From a virus, in IMG/VR virus record IMGVR_UViG_3300023296_001253: a stretch of 64,000 nt of DNA; one strand, written 5' to 3'. Numbering within the stretch: position 1 is the stretch's first letter; each line of letters opens with the position of its first letter. The notes under the pieces are model-generated. The model made no database searches, was not told where the DNA came from, and saw nothing but the letters and a program-made list of their open reading frames with translations. The position numbers were made by a program, and so were the translations under genes. Below, piece after piece: positions 25,931-35,525 of the stretch.

Positions 25931-26686
25931 TTGCTAGATATCGAAATCGAATCTAAATTTCTATCAAATGCAGAAAAAAGAGAAATAAGAAAAGAAAGAA
26001 GACGTAACAAAACAGCACCAAAAACAGCCAACATGTCATTAGTCGATATAAATCCAATGACTAAAAATCAAATGTTAGCATTTGACGAATTTGAATTAGA
26101 TAAAAATTTATTATTAAATGGATGTGCTGGAACTGGAAAAACTTTTATATCATTATATCTTGCTTTAAAAAGCATTGCATCAAATAAAAATGATATTCAC
26201 AAAGTTACTATTGTAAGATCTATTGTTCCAACAAGAGATGTTGGTTTCTTACCAGGAGATCTTACAAAAAAGACTGATTTATATGAATCGCCATATATGG
26301 CTATGTGCAGCGAGTTATTTTCTAGAGGTGATGCTTATGCTATATTAAAGCAAAAAGCAGTTTTAGAGTTCTTACCAACATCATATATTAGAGGCATTAC
26401 TATAAGCGATTCTATCGTAATTGTAGATGAGATGCAAAATCTAAATTATCATGAGTTGGATTCTATAATAACTCGTATGGGTGAAAATTCTAGAATAATC
26501 TTTTGTGGCGATTTTAATCAAAGCGATCTTATTAAGAAAAGTGAAAAAAATGGAATACTTGATTTCATGAAAATTCTTGATAGAATGAAAAGTTTTTCAA
26601 GAATTGAATTTATTAAAGATGATATTGTTAGGAGTGGATTAGTTAGAGAGTATATTATAGCAAAAGAAAAAATCTCTCAACACTAA
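25931..26686 (+). CDS. phoH: PhoH-family ATPase
   Basis: GCAGTGKT, GFLPG, RG.T, DEMQN, GD..QSD, DIVRS. Confidence 0.95.
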   Translation: MLDIEIESKFLSNAEKREIRKERRRNKTAPKTANMSLVDINPMTKNQMLAFDEFELDKNLLLNGCAGTGKTFISLYLALKSIASNKNDIHKVTIVRSIVPTRDVGFLPGDLTKKTDLYESPYMAMCSELFSRGDAYAILKQKAVLEFLPTSYIRGITISDSIVIVDEMQNLNYHELDSIITRMGENSRIIFCGDFNQSDLIKKSEKNGILDFMKILDRMKSFSRIEFIKDDIVRSGLVREYIIAKEKISQH

Positions 26687-26694
26687 AAAGTATA

Positions 26695-27408
26695 TTGTAT
26701 AATTTATTAGCAAAACGTGAATTTAAAGAGTTTAAGAGGCACCCTTTGATAGATCGGGTGTCTCTTGTGCCAGAATTGATACGAATTGATGGCGGCGAAC
26801 ATCGGTTATATGAAACTCTAGAAGGAAATAAATATCCTTCTGTTACATCAGTCTTTAGTGTAATTGATAAGCCAGAGATACAGGCCTGGCGAGATAGTAT
26901 GGGGCACGACGAAGCTGATAAATGGACTCGTAGGGCTGGTAATAAAGGAACTATTCTTCATGATATGTGTGAAAGATATGTTTTAAATACATTAAGAGAA
27001 AATCAAGAAGATTACAATTTTATATCAGTAAATAATTTTCTTCCGGTTAAAAAAGTTATCGACAAAGTTATTGATAATATTTTAGCTGTCGAATTGAAAA
27101 TATATTCAGATAAATTAAAAACGGCTGGCACAGTAGATTTAATAGCTGATGTATATAAAAAATTAGCTGTAGTAGATTATAAAACATCTAATCAATATAA
27201 GTATAAAGATCAGTGCTCTACATTTTTTATGCAGGGTGCAGCTTATGCTTTTATGATTAATGAATTATTAGGAACATCAATAGAAGATATATTAATAATT
27301 GTCGCTGTAGATGGTGGTGACACTATAGTTCATCATGAAAAAGTAGAAGATCACTTTAAAGAATTTTTGAAAATAAGAGTTGAATTTAAGGAAAAGTTTG
27401 GAATATAA
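26695..27408 (+). CDS. PD-(D/E)XK exonuclease (exonuclease A-like)
   Basis: YPSVT, G..LH, E...AGTVD...DYKT, Q..AY. Confidence 0.9.
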   Translation: MYNLLAKREFKEFKRHPLIDRVSLVPELIRIDGGEHRLYETLEGNKYPSVTSVFSVIDKPEIQAWRDSMGHDEADKWTRRAGNKGTILHDMCERYVLNTLRENQEDYNFISVNNFLPVKKVIDKVIDNILAVELKIYSDKLKTAGTVDLIADVYKKLAVVDYKTSNQYKYKDQCSTFFMQGAAYAFMINELLGTSIEDILIIVAVDGGDTIVHHEKVEDHFKEFLKIRVEFKEKFGI

Positions 27409-27604
27409 TAATATGAAAACTGTAAAATTTCAAGTTAAACCTGATGCAGCTATCGCAAAGCCTAATATAGAAATTACAAAATATGTATGCCGTAATGCTG
27501 TTAAGTGGCCAGATTTAGTAAACTATTATCTAAATTCTTCGATTGATTATAGAAATATGATAGCGCAAATGATTTTAATAAAGAGGATTTTAAATGAAAA
27601 TTAA
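27380..27604 (+). CDS. hypothetical protein (likely start MKTVK)
   Basis: ORF track. Confidence 0.45.
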   Translation: MNLRKSLEYNNMKTVKFQVKPDAAIAKPNIEITKYVCRNAVKWPDLVNYYLNSSIDYRNMIAQMILIKRILNEN

Positions 27605-27830
27605 TGGAGTATTATCTGCTTCAGACTTTGTAAAAGAAATAGAAGAAATGTCTAAGAAATTAGGAGTTCCATATATTGATGCAGTCATTCATTATTGTGA
27701 TACTAATAAAATAGAATTAGAAACAGCAGCAGGAATGATTAGACTTTCTAGTCCAATGAAATCTAAAATACAAAATGAAGCAGAAGATTTAAATTTTTTA
27801 CCAAAAACAACAAGTAAGTTACCAATATGA
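27594..27830 (+). CDS. gp33: late promoter transcription coactivator
   Basis: F..EIE...YIDAV..YC...IE.E...K..EA..LNFL; synteny 33-59-32. Confidence 0.85.
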   Translation: MKINGVLSASDFVKEIEEMSKKLGVPYIDAVIHYCDTNKIELETAAGMIRLSSPMKSKIQNEAEDLNFLPKTTSKLPI

Positions 27831-28414
27831 CCTCTGATGCATTTGAAGCTTATCAACAATTCTTGGCTTTACATAGTCATTTCTATCAAAAAAATTATGA
27901 TTACTTTAAGTATAATAAGAAAATACGAGCTTCCTACGAAAGATTTTTAAATAGAAAAGACAAGTATTTCTTTAGAAAGCTTGCAAAAGAAAAAGATATT
28001 GAAGGGTTTGTAGTATCTAATATTTTGGCTAGTACAAAAAAAATATGGATAATGGATCTATTTGACGAGAAAGCTGAAGAAAACTATATTGACTGGAAAA
28101 AACAAAAAGAATCTTTATTTTATAACTTTAAAGAAGATTTATCTATATTACATAATGACGTTAGTATGTCAATTTTAGTAAAGAATGGTCAACATCCATT
28201 ATTGCTGAAACAATATTTATCAAAATCCATATCAATTAATACTTTAATAATACTTGATTCTTGTCTACATATATTTGATTACTGGAATACACACATACAA
28301 GATAATGTTGTGTGGCCTGGAGAATACATGAAGTTAGTCAAGTATAGATCGTTTTTAAGCTTTGATAAAGCCAAATATAAAAATTATTTAGTTGACATTA
28401 TAAAGAAAAAGTGA
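27827..28414 (+). CDS. gp59: helicase loader
   Basis: AY..FLAL..HF...YDYFKY, RKDKYFF.KLA, HP.LL. Confidence 0.9.
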   Translation: MTSDAFEAYQQFLALHSHFYQKNYDYFKYNKKIRASYERFLNRKDKYFFRKLAKEKDIEGFVVSNILASTKKIWIMDLFDEKAEENYIDWKKQKESLFYNFKEDLSILHNDVSMSILVKNGQHPLLLKQYLSKSISINTLIILDSCLHIFDYWNTHIQDNVVWPGEYMKLVKYRSFLSFDKAKYKNYLVDIIKKK

Positions 28415-28422
28415 TATAAATA
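28392..28422 (+). promoter_or_regulatory. composite early/late promoter of gene 32
   Basis: TTGACA, 17 bp, TATAAA, where the -10 is also the late consensus TATAAATA. Confidence 0.65.
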
Positions 28423-28505
28423 TACTACTATATTATGAAAGATGTGAAATATTTAGCAAAAACAGACATACGTAGCATACGTAGTTATAAGAAAAAGGAA
28501 AACAC

Positions 28506-29459
28506 ATGTCTTTTGAAACATTAAAGCGCAATCGCGAAGAAGCAAAACAAAACTTACTTGATAAAGTAAGTAAACTCAATTCTAGTCAGAATAAGAAATT
28601 TGATAATGAAGATGAGAGATTTTGGAAGCCTGAAGTAGACAAAGCCGGAAATGGTTATGCCGTAATTAGGTTCCTTCCAAATCACGAAGATGAAGAAATG
28701 CCTACAATCATGTATTATGATCATTTCTTCCAGGGGCAAGCTGGTTGGTATGTTGAAAAATGCCCAACATCAATTGGAAAAGATTGTCCAGCATGCGCAC
28801 ATAATACTAAGTTGTGGAACTCAGGTTCTCCATCTAACAAAGACTTAGCTAGAGATCGTAAAAGACGTTTACATTATGTAGCTAATATTTTGGTTATTCA
28901 TGATCCATCAAACCCAAGCAACGAAGGAAAAGTTTTCTTTTATCGTTTTGGTAAGAAGATTTATGATAAGCTAAACGACAAGATGTTCCCAGAATATCCA
29001 GATGAGGATCCAATGATCCCGTATGATATGTTTGAAGGAGCGCATTTTAAGCTCAAAGTTAGGAAAGTCGATGGCTATCCAAACTATGATAAATCAGAAT
29101 TCGACAACCCTTCACCAGTTTATGATGATGAAGATAAGATGAAAGAAGTATATGAATCAATCATGCTTCTTCAACCTCTTATGGCCGAAGATACATTCAA
29201 GAGTTATGATGTATTAAATGAGAAGCATGTTAAAGTGCTTCAACTTGGAAAAGATGTTTCTCAGGCTGAATATGATAATGCAGAAGATGTCGATGATGAT
29301 GACGATGAAGTAGATCAATTACTAAATAATGTAGTAAATAATGCTAAGAATGAATCTACAAAAACTGAAGATACTCCTTGGGAATCAACTGATTCGGATG
29401 ATTCGTCAAGCGACGATGATGATGAAGCAGAATGGTTTAAGAAGCTCGCTGAAGGGTAA
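28506..29459 (+). CDS. gp32: single-stranded DNA-binding protein
   Basis: D.RFWKP..DKAGNG.AVIRFLP, H...C...C..C Zn site, acidic tail ending FKKLA. Confidence 0.97.
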   Translation: MSFETLKRNREEAKQNLLDKVSKLNSSQNKKFDNEDERFWKPEVDKAGNGYAVIRFLPNHEDEEMPTIMYYDHFFQGQAGWYVEKCPTSIGKDCPACAHNTKLWNSGSPSNKDLARDRKRRLHYVANILVIHDPSNPSNEGKVFFYRFGKKIYDKLNDKMFPEYPDEDPMIPYDMFEGAHFKLKVRKVDGYPNYDKSEFDNPSPVYDDEDKMKEVYESIMLLQPLMAEDTFKSYDVLNEKHVKVLQLGKDVSQAEYDNAEDVDDDDDEVDQLLNNVVNNAKNESTKTEDTPWESTDSDDSSSDDDDEAEWFKKLAEG

Positions 29460-29492
29460 CTTATAGTTAACAATTGGACAATATGTCAAACT

Positions 29493-29519
29493 AAAGGGAG
29501 CCTTTCAGCTCCCTTTTTT
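29493..29519. terminator. intrinsic terminator, probably bidirectional
   Basis: aaagggagc-ctttca-gctcccttt plus T-run, between convergent genes. Confidence 0.85.
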
Positions 29520-32055
29520 ATATTACTGGCAAACCCTGTTCATTATAATAATAAGCTACTTCCTGATAAGATTCTTCATTTGGTGAAATTTTAGCTGGAG
29601 AATCATTTCCTTCTTGAGCCACTTTAGCATATTGCTTTTGCTTTTTACGATTTTCTCCTGGTATGTTAATTCCAGAATATGTTATATCATTATTAATAGG
29701 AGGGTCATGGCTATTCTTAGCTTCTCCTTGTTGATTACTGCTTCCAGTTATTACTGGACGAATAAATGTTCTTTCTTGTTGTATGTCTTTTGGAACAATT
29801 CTACCAAGCCCTTTGATTTTTTCTATAACCTCAGAATTCATTTCTTCAATTTGTTTTGGATTTAAATTAGTTAATGTTCTTGTTTCTGGATCATATTTTC
29901 CACCGTTCTTTTCTGCTCCTTCTTTAAAGCCACTATTGATTTGCCCAGTTGCAAATGGAACATTTTTAGCAGCATCATATAATTTATCAGAAACTTTATA
30001 AGCTTGCTGTTCTTTTTTGCCTACTGGTTTCATAGGATGTCCAGCAGTTTTTAATGCTTCGCCAACTGATTGTTGAACTACTCTAGCTGTTTGTTTTTCA
30101 ACTTCTTCTTTAACTGTGTTGGTTGCTTGCTTTGTAACATCTTCTTTAGCATTCGCTAAATCTTTTTTGGCTTCAGTTTTAAGACTTCTAATATCTTTTT
30201 TAGATATTGCTCCACCCCATGACCATTCTCTATCACCAGCCATATCTATATGAATAGAACCATCTTTATAAACACCAATCCCTTTGGCTCCATTTTTATA
30301 TGCTTCTCTTATAAAAGATCTTCTTTGTGAATCATTTTCAAAACCAGTTACATCTACAGCTCGACCTGTAGAATGAACTGTTGTTTTTTGACCTTTCTTT
30401 TTACCAGATTCACTAATCCAATTTCCTTTGCCACTAGTAAAAGTTATTTCTTCCATTCCAGCAGAAGTAGCAGATCGCTGAGCTATGTTTTGTATGCTTT
30501 CATCTACATCACCAGGTCTTTTTGGCCCATATTGCTTATTAATTTTTGTAGCAACAGAAGTGTCTGATTCATGTTTAGTGGAACTTTCAGATAATTGTTT
30601 CTTGCCTCTATTTACTGTAGAATTTTGTACTGATCCAACTGTAACTAATCCACGCGTCGCTGAAATAGCACTGGCTTGATTAGTTCGACTAATTACAGAA
30701 TTGGGTTCATCATAATTAATTTTTTTAGCATTAGCTGGAGACAACTGAAGAGCCCATAATTTAGCAGAATCTTGCGCGGCTTCGCCTGTAAAGAAACTAG
30801 GTTCTATACCCCATTTTTTCATATATTCGCCATGAACTTTAAGTTGATCATCTAACGATAATTGTTGATATTCTTGTGGCGTTAAAGAGCCTAAACCAGC
30901 TCGTCGTGCCAGTTCTGGTATTTGGTTATCTTCTAATTGCCACGCTCCATAAAATTTATTTTTAAATCCACCTCTAGCAGATGTGTTAACACCACTTTCG
31001 ATATCAAGCGCCCCAGCTAAAGCCTCTGGGCTAATTCCCCAGCGTTTAGCATGATCAAGAATTGCTTTATCTCTATTTGAAGCTGGTTTATATTGTTGTC
31101 CAGAACTATTGTTTGGTTTACCACCTTCATACAATCTTTCAATCTGGCCGTGCACATTTCCGCCAGCTCCACCGGGTCCAAATCCATCAGTTAATTTTTT
31201 AGTTCTTCCAATGTTTGTTCTTTGTTGTGTTGCAACAGAAGACTTAGTTTCTCCTCTTCTTGGATCACGCCTTGGGCTCATTCCACCATCAGCCCCAGTA
31301 CCAAGATCTTTTTTTAATTTATCTACATCAGACTTAACTTTTTCTCCTGGATCTCCCTTTGGAGCTATAAAGCTGGCTATAGCGCCAACAGCTAATATTC
31401 CTGCTCCAGCAGCAAGAACCCAAGGATTTCTTAAAGCAAATTTTGCTATTTGATAAGCTAAATAACTTCCTATAATACTTCCACTAGGATTATTTGATCC
31501 AGCGCTTTGAAGCGTAGCTGCTAAATCTGCAAGAGCGCTTCTAGCCTGTCCAACTTCTAATTTATTTTGCATAACTTGTTGATTTAAAGTAGTATATCTA
31601 AAATCATCTTCTCTTTTTTGTTCTATATTCGCAAATTGCTGTCTTTGAAAATTAGCTTGTATAGAATCAAAATTCGATTGCATTGTTTTAATAGAAGTTC
31701 TATTTCTATATGCTGAGCTTTTAATAGCCCACACTTCTTCATTTACATTATCTAATGTATCTCTCATAAAAGACATTTTTTGCTTTATGTTTGAAAAACT
31801 GCCTTGAGTGTTTCTATCTTTTTCTTCAATTACTCTAGTAACATCATTTAGTCCAGATTCTAGACTAGATGCTATATTAGTGCTTGATTTTGTTGACATA
31901 GTTGATTCAACTTTATCAAACACATTTCGAATCTGACCAGCATTCTTTGATACTAGTTGAGATACTTGCTGTATTTTATCAGTATTATCTTTCATTCCTT
32001 TAAAGAAAGAAACTGAAGATAATACTGATCCTATTGTGTCTTTATTAAGAGCCAT
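29518..32055 (-). CDS. tape-measure/hub-associated protein with lysozyme-like and M15-like peptidase domains
   Basis: Coiled coil plus TM; IESG...YGAWQ; HSTGRAVD...GIGVY...HID; downstream of gp51. Confidence 0.7.
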   Translation of the reverse strand: MALNKDTIGSVLSSVSFFKGMKDNTDKIQQVSQLVSKNAGQIRNVFDKVESTMSTKSSTNIASSLESGLNDVTRVIEEKDRNTQGSFSNIKQKMSFMRDTLDNVNEEVWAIKSSAYRNRTSIKTMQSNFDSIQANFQRQQFANIEQKREDDFRYTTLNQQVMQNKLEVGQARSALADLAATLQSAGSNNPSGSIIGSYLAYQIAKFALRNPWVLAAGAGILAVGAIASFIAPKGDPGEKVKSDVDKLKKDLGTGADGGMSPRRDPRRGETKSSVATQQRTNIGRTKKLTDGFGPGGAGGNVHGQIERLYEGGKPNNSSGQQYKPASNRDKAILDHAKRWGISPEALAGALDIESGVNTSARGGFKNKFYGAWQLEDNQIPELARRAGLGSLTPQEYQQLSLDDQLKVHGEYMKKWGIEPSFFTGEAAQDSAKLWALQLSPANAKKINYDEPNSVISRTNQASAISATRGLVTVGSVQNSTVNRGKKQLSESSTKHESDTSVATKINKQYGPKRPGDVDESIQNIAQRSATSAGMEEITFTSGKGNWISESGKKKGQKTTVHSTGRAVDVTGFENDSQRRSFIREAYKNGAKGIGVYKDGSIHIDMAGDREWSWGGAISKKDIRSLKTEAKKDLANAKEDVTKQATNTVKEEVEKQTARVVQQSVGEALKTAGHPMKPVGKKEQQAYKVSDKLYDAAKNVPFATGQINSGFKEGAEKNGGKYDPETRTLTNLNPKQIEEMNSEVIEKIKGLGRIVPKDIQQERTFIRPVITGSSNQQGEAKNSHDPPINNDITYSGINIPGENRKKQKQYAKVAQEGNDSPAKISPNEESYQEVAYYYNEQGLPVI

Positions 32056-32221
32056 ATGATTGAGCCATGTCCTGTTCTTGTTTTACGGCATCTAATACCA
32101 TTTGTAGATATAAATCTTTTTCGTAAATAATCATGTTTTCTATTTCATTCAAATTGTATTTAAATCTATGAATCATAGAGAATATAGTCATGTACCAATT
32201 CTCTAATGTATCATGACTCAT
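32045..32221 (-). CDS. gp51: baseplate hub assembly catalyst (58 aa), not in the ORF track
   Basis: Manual translation MSHDTLENWY...KYNLNEIENMIIYEKDLY; follows gp26. Confidence 0.8.
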   Translation of the reverse strand: MSHDTLENWYMTIFSMIHRFKYNLNEIENMIIYEKDLYLQMVLDAVKQEQDMAQSYGS

Positions 32222-32949
32222 AGCAATGTAAAAAAATCGTTTAACGTATTTAGAACTATTTCTCGTTCTGTCCCAGCGTCGTTTGTGTATTTAATAATAT
32301 ATTCCATTTTTGGAACATTTTCGAAGAAATCATTTAATTTTCTGGCAGAACCAGCTTCTAAATTGTTAATGAATTCTTCTAATTCTGTTTTTTCTTTATC
32401 ATGATCTACGATGTGTTTTTGACCTGATTCTTCAATAGCATATATACAACTTATTAAAATTTCTTGAGCTATCTCTTCATTATCTTCAGCATTCAAAAAG
32501 TCTTTATTAGAATATAATGTTGCTGGCGGATATCGCATAATAACATTGATATGTTCACTAACACTAATAATGTTATTGTTAGGATCTGTGTTAGGATGAA
32601 CTATTTTAATATCATCTAAATTAATAGCAAAATCTCTTGTTACATCATCTTCTATATCTTTATAACTCAAATTGATAACATTACCAATCGAATATCCTCT
32701 GAGTTTTAAAAACAAATACTCTAAATCTAATAAAGAAATTTTATCGATATCAAACACATCACTTTCTTCTAAGCAACAGTTATTTACAATTTGCTTTATA
32801 TGAAGAAATATATCTGTTTCTGAATCTCCGGCTTTTGAAGTTAAAAGAATTTTTTCTTCTTTTACTATCATTGGTCTAAATTTTAATGATTTTTTTGTAG
32901 TTGGAACTTCTATCATTATTATTGGGTAATCAATTTTTGGAAATGTCAT
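32218..32949 (-). CDS. gp26: baseplate hub subunit
   Basis: PKI..P, FRP..VKEEKILL, D.EYLFLKLR..SIG, L.DFF. Confidence 0.9.
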   Translation of the reverse strand: MTFPKIDYPIIMIEVPTTKKSLKFRPMIVKEEKILLTSKAGDSETDIFLHIKQIVNNCCLEESDVFDIDKISLLDLEYLFLKLRGYSIGNVINLSYKDIEDDVTRDFAINLDDIKIVHPNTDPNNNIISVSEHINVIMRYPPATLYSNKDFLNAEDNEEIAQEILISCIYAIEESGQKHIVDHDKEKTELEEFINNLEAGSARKLNDFFENVPKMEYIIKYTNDAGTEREIVLNTLNDFFTLL

Positions 32950-32963
32950 TATTTAGTCATCCT

Positions 32964-33701
32964 TTAACTTCCGTCTGGTTTAATTGTTTTTGGTGCTAAT
33001 TGAGCAGGGCCAACATAACTGCTATTTTGTGCTTGATTGGTTGTAGAGAAAGCTGGCTTTTCTGTATACCAATCATAATATGCAAAACTTATTGGGAATC
33101 TTACTAGATTGTTTGTACTATTCCAGCTTACTGGAACTGGTGATAAAAATATTGGATATGCCTGCATCAAATGAACTTTAATAGCTTCTTCGCCGTGCTG
33201 ATCATATGATACAAATGTTAAATTGGTTTCATATGTTTTTTTGTATGCGACTTCATACCAATATTTGTTAGAAGAAACTCCTTCTATCGCAGTGTTAGTT
33301 GTATTAGTATTTTTTAAAGCTGTTGATGAATTAAAGTTGACTATTAGATTCATCCACGATTGGAAGAAATTGTGTATTTTACCGTCTGAGTCTCCAAGAA
33401 CTGTTATATCATGTGGAGCAAAAACAGAAACATAAGGCTTCATTTCTAAAGCTCCTACACCATATCTTCTTATTTCGTTTGTTGCTAAACTAACACCTGG
33501 CAGCGAAGTCATTTCTACTCTGAACATCATATCAGTCATAGTTTCTTTAAACTGAGAATTTTGTGAAGCTGAGTTCATTCCAGTTGGTAAAGAATCTATA
33601 ATAAGACTGAAATCAGTTGTTTTCTGATATCCATTATTTTTAATAGATGATTTAAAACTATCTATATTAAATCGTTGATTTTTATTTAATTGATCTGCCA
33701 T
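32964..33701 (-). CDS. tail tube-like / tail-tube initiator (gp54/gp19-like)
   Basis: LPG.S, FF.SW, AYP, F.Y..W pattern; synteny. Confidence 0.7.
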   Translation of the reverse strand: MADQLNKNQRFNIDSFKSSIKNNGYQKTTDFSLIIDSLPTGMNSASQNSQFKETMTDMMFRVEMTSLPGVSLATNEIRRYGVGALEMKPYVSVFAPHDITVLGDSDGKIHNFFQSWMNLIVNFNSSTALKNTNTTNTAIEGVSSNKYWYEVAYKKTYETNLTFVSYDQHGEEAIKVHLMQAYPIFLSPVPVSWNSTNNLVRFPISFAYYDWYTEKPAFSTTNQAQNSSYVGPAQLAPKTIKPDGS

Positions 33702-34230
33702 ACTTTTTTGCTTTTTTCTTTGCTGCGCTTTTTGTTACAAAATCTGGTCTTATAATATAAGGAGACTCGTACCAGCGTGATGGATCTATAATTAAAATTC
33801 TTGATCTTAATCTAGATGTTAAATATCTTCTATAGGCTTTTTTGGTTATACTAAATGATTCAAGTGCTTGTATTACTTGATATGTAACCATCATTTTAGT
33901 TGTTATATCATTTTTATCATTTGTTAAATTTTTAGCTACTTCTGAAATAAAGCCTATAGCATTCATTTCTGAAGGTAGAAAATGTAAGTTGATTCCTGCA
34001 AATCCATCTGAATGATTTGTTAAGATTAAAACAAGAGGATTTTTATCATATTGATATAATGAATCTTTGTGTAAAGGATCATATCTATAATGAACTATTT
34101 TTCCAATACTTTCTGCTCCAAGATTTTCTAAAAAAAATCCTTTGCGTTCAGTATCTATTATTATTTGTTGCTTAACAGGAAGAGTGTTTTCGGCTCCTAA
34201 TTTGCTAAGGTTTTTTTCGTTTTCCGACAT
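33682..34230 (-). CDS. gp2: DNA end protector
   Basis: YDP.HK..L..YD..PLV, GINLHFLP, RRYL. Confidence 0.8.
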   Translation of the reverse strand: MSENEKNLSKLGAENTLPVKQQIIIDTERKGFFLENLGAESIGKIVHYRYDPLHKDSLYQYDKNPLVLILTNHSDGFAGINLHFLPSEMNAIGFISEVAKNLTNDKNDITTKMMVTYQVIQALESFSITKKAYRRYLTSRLRSRILIIDPSRWYESPYIIRPDFVTKSAAKKKAKKYGRSIK

Positions 34231-34672
34231 TAATACCTAATTTGTCTTCTGTGAATATCTGGAATTTCCATTTTCTATCTTTGCAATATTCATCTGCTGC
34301 TTTCCACTTAGATTTATTTATAGCCCATTGAGTTACTTCATTGATATATGATTTGGTTTTCTTTTTTCTAATCTTTGGTTCTTGTGTAAATCTTTCTGGT
34401 TTTACTTCAATTAAAAATTCTTCTACCTTTCCTTCTTTATTTATAACTTTAGCATAGAAATCAACAAAATATCTGTGATATTTACCATCAATTGGAGACT
34501 TGTATGGTATAACTATTTCCTCTGATGACCATTTTAATACGTTTTTATTACTATCAAGCCACAGCATCAGTTTTAGTTCATACGAACTCCTATAAATAAT
34601 ATTAGTATGATTGCCCTTATATCTTTCAGGCTTGTTGGGCTTAAAATAACCTTTGTAGTAGGATCTAACCAT
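34205..34672 (-). CDS. gp4: head completion nuclease
   Basis: YRSSYE, WSSEE..IPY, HRYFVDF, IEVKP, N..KW.AA. Confidence 0.92.
   Translation of the reverse strand: MVRSYYKGYFKPNKPERYKGNHTNIIYRSSYELKLMLWLDSNKNVLKWSSEEIVIPYKSPIDGKYHRYFVDFYAKVINKEGKVEEFLIEVKPERFTQEPKIRKKKTKSYINEVTQWAINKSKWKAADEYCKDRKWKFQIFTEDKLGINVGKRKKP
34591..34598 (+). promoter_or_regulatory. late promoter for the baseplate operon, inside gp4
   Basis: TATAAATA; minus-strand GATAAATA counterpart at 34710-34717. Confidence 0.6.
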
Positions 34673-35522
34673 GTCGTTAATATTTCCAAGTGATTTAGGA
34701 TCTAGATATTATTTATCTATAGATTTTAAAGCATATAGAAGATCTAGTCCATTAGACACGACAGTGTCTTTTGTAGAATCGTCTATGGTTAGTAGCACTA
34801 GAAATTCTACACTTGGAGCTTCAAGTAGAACAGGATCAGATTCTATAAAATTGCCTTTGCCAGCTACTCTTGTTGATAGTCAAAGTTTAAATTGGTCAGT
34901 AGAATCTATGAATGATGTAGCAGAAATGGTGATGGCTGAAAAAGCAGGATTTAATATTGGAAACATTGCTCAGGCTTCTGTTAAAGGTCTTTCGGCAGCA
35001 GCAGCAACTACCGGTGGCCTTGGCGCAGGCGTCCTAAAAGGATTAAGTACTGCTGCGCAGCAGCAAGCTGGTCTAGCTATGAATCCACTATTGACTGTTT
35101 TATTCAAACACCCAGAATTTAAAACTCATCAATTCAGTTGGACTTTTTCTCCAAACAGCGTTGAAGAATCTGAAACACTAAAAGATATTATTGAAACATT
35201 AAGAATGGCATCTTTACCGAATAATTATGGATCAATATATGGTTATCCAGATATGGCTTTAATTAGATATTCTAATGAAGAACAGATGTATAAATTTCAA
35301 CCGGCTGTTATAACTAATGTAACTACAAATTATGCTCCAATGGGAGCTCCATCTTTCTTTGCTGAAAGCAAAGCACCAAATATGGTGACCATTACTATGT
35401 CATTTTTAGAAATCATTTTAAACACTAGAGAGAGTTATGGATCAACAGACAAAGCTAAGTTTTTGGGCGGAGCTTCATCTACAAGCACTACAACATCAAA
35501 ATCAAGAAGTCAGATAAACTAA
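34671..35522 (+). CDS. gp48: baseplate tail-tube cap
   Basis: I.LPLP, NP...LF..P.F..HQF.W.F.P....E, NYAP.G, F.E. Confidence 0.8.
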   Translation: MSLIFPSDLGSRYYLSIDFKAYRRSSPLDTTVSFVESSMVSSTRNSTLGASSRTGSDSIKLPLPATLVDSQSLNWSVESMNDVAEMVMAEKAGFNIGNIAQASVKGLSAAAATTGGLGAGVLKGLSTAAQQQAGLAMNPLLTVLFKHPEFKTHQFSWTFSPNSVEESETLKDIIETLRMASLPNNYGSIYGYPDMALIRYSNEEQMYKFQPAVITNVTTNYAPMGAPSFFAESKAPNMVTITMSFLEIILNTRESYGSTDKAKFLGGASSTSTTTSKSRSQIN

Positions 35523-35525
35523 CAA

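Noticed and set aside
26695-27408. Cas4 as part of a CRISPR system
   Set aside because: It lacks the Fe-S cysteines and any array; it is the usual T4-like exonuclease next to phoH.
29614-31453. Plus-strand ORFs inside the 845-aa gene, and similar nested or antisense ORFs (e.g. 3117-3575, 15930-16271, 37879-38274, 51228-51809, 54758-55138)
   Set aside because: They overlap well-supported genes and show no motifs or start signals.
34205-34672. TnsA-like transposase
   Set aside because: gp4 shares that nuclease fold; synteny with gp2 and gp48 and no other Tn7 genes.
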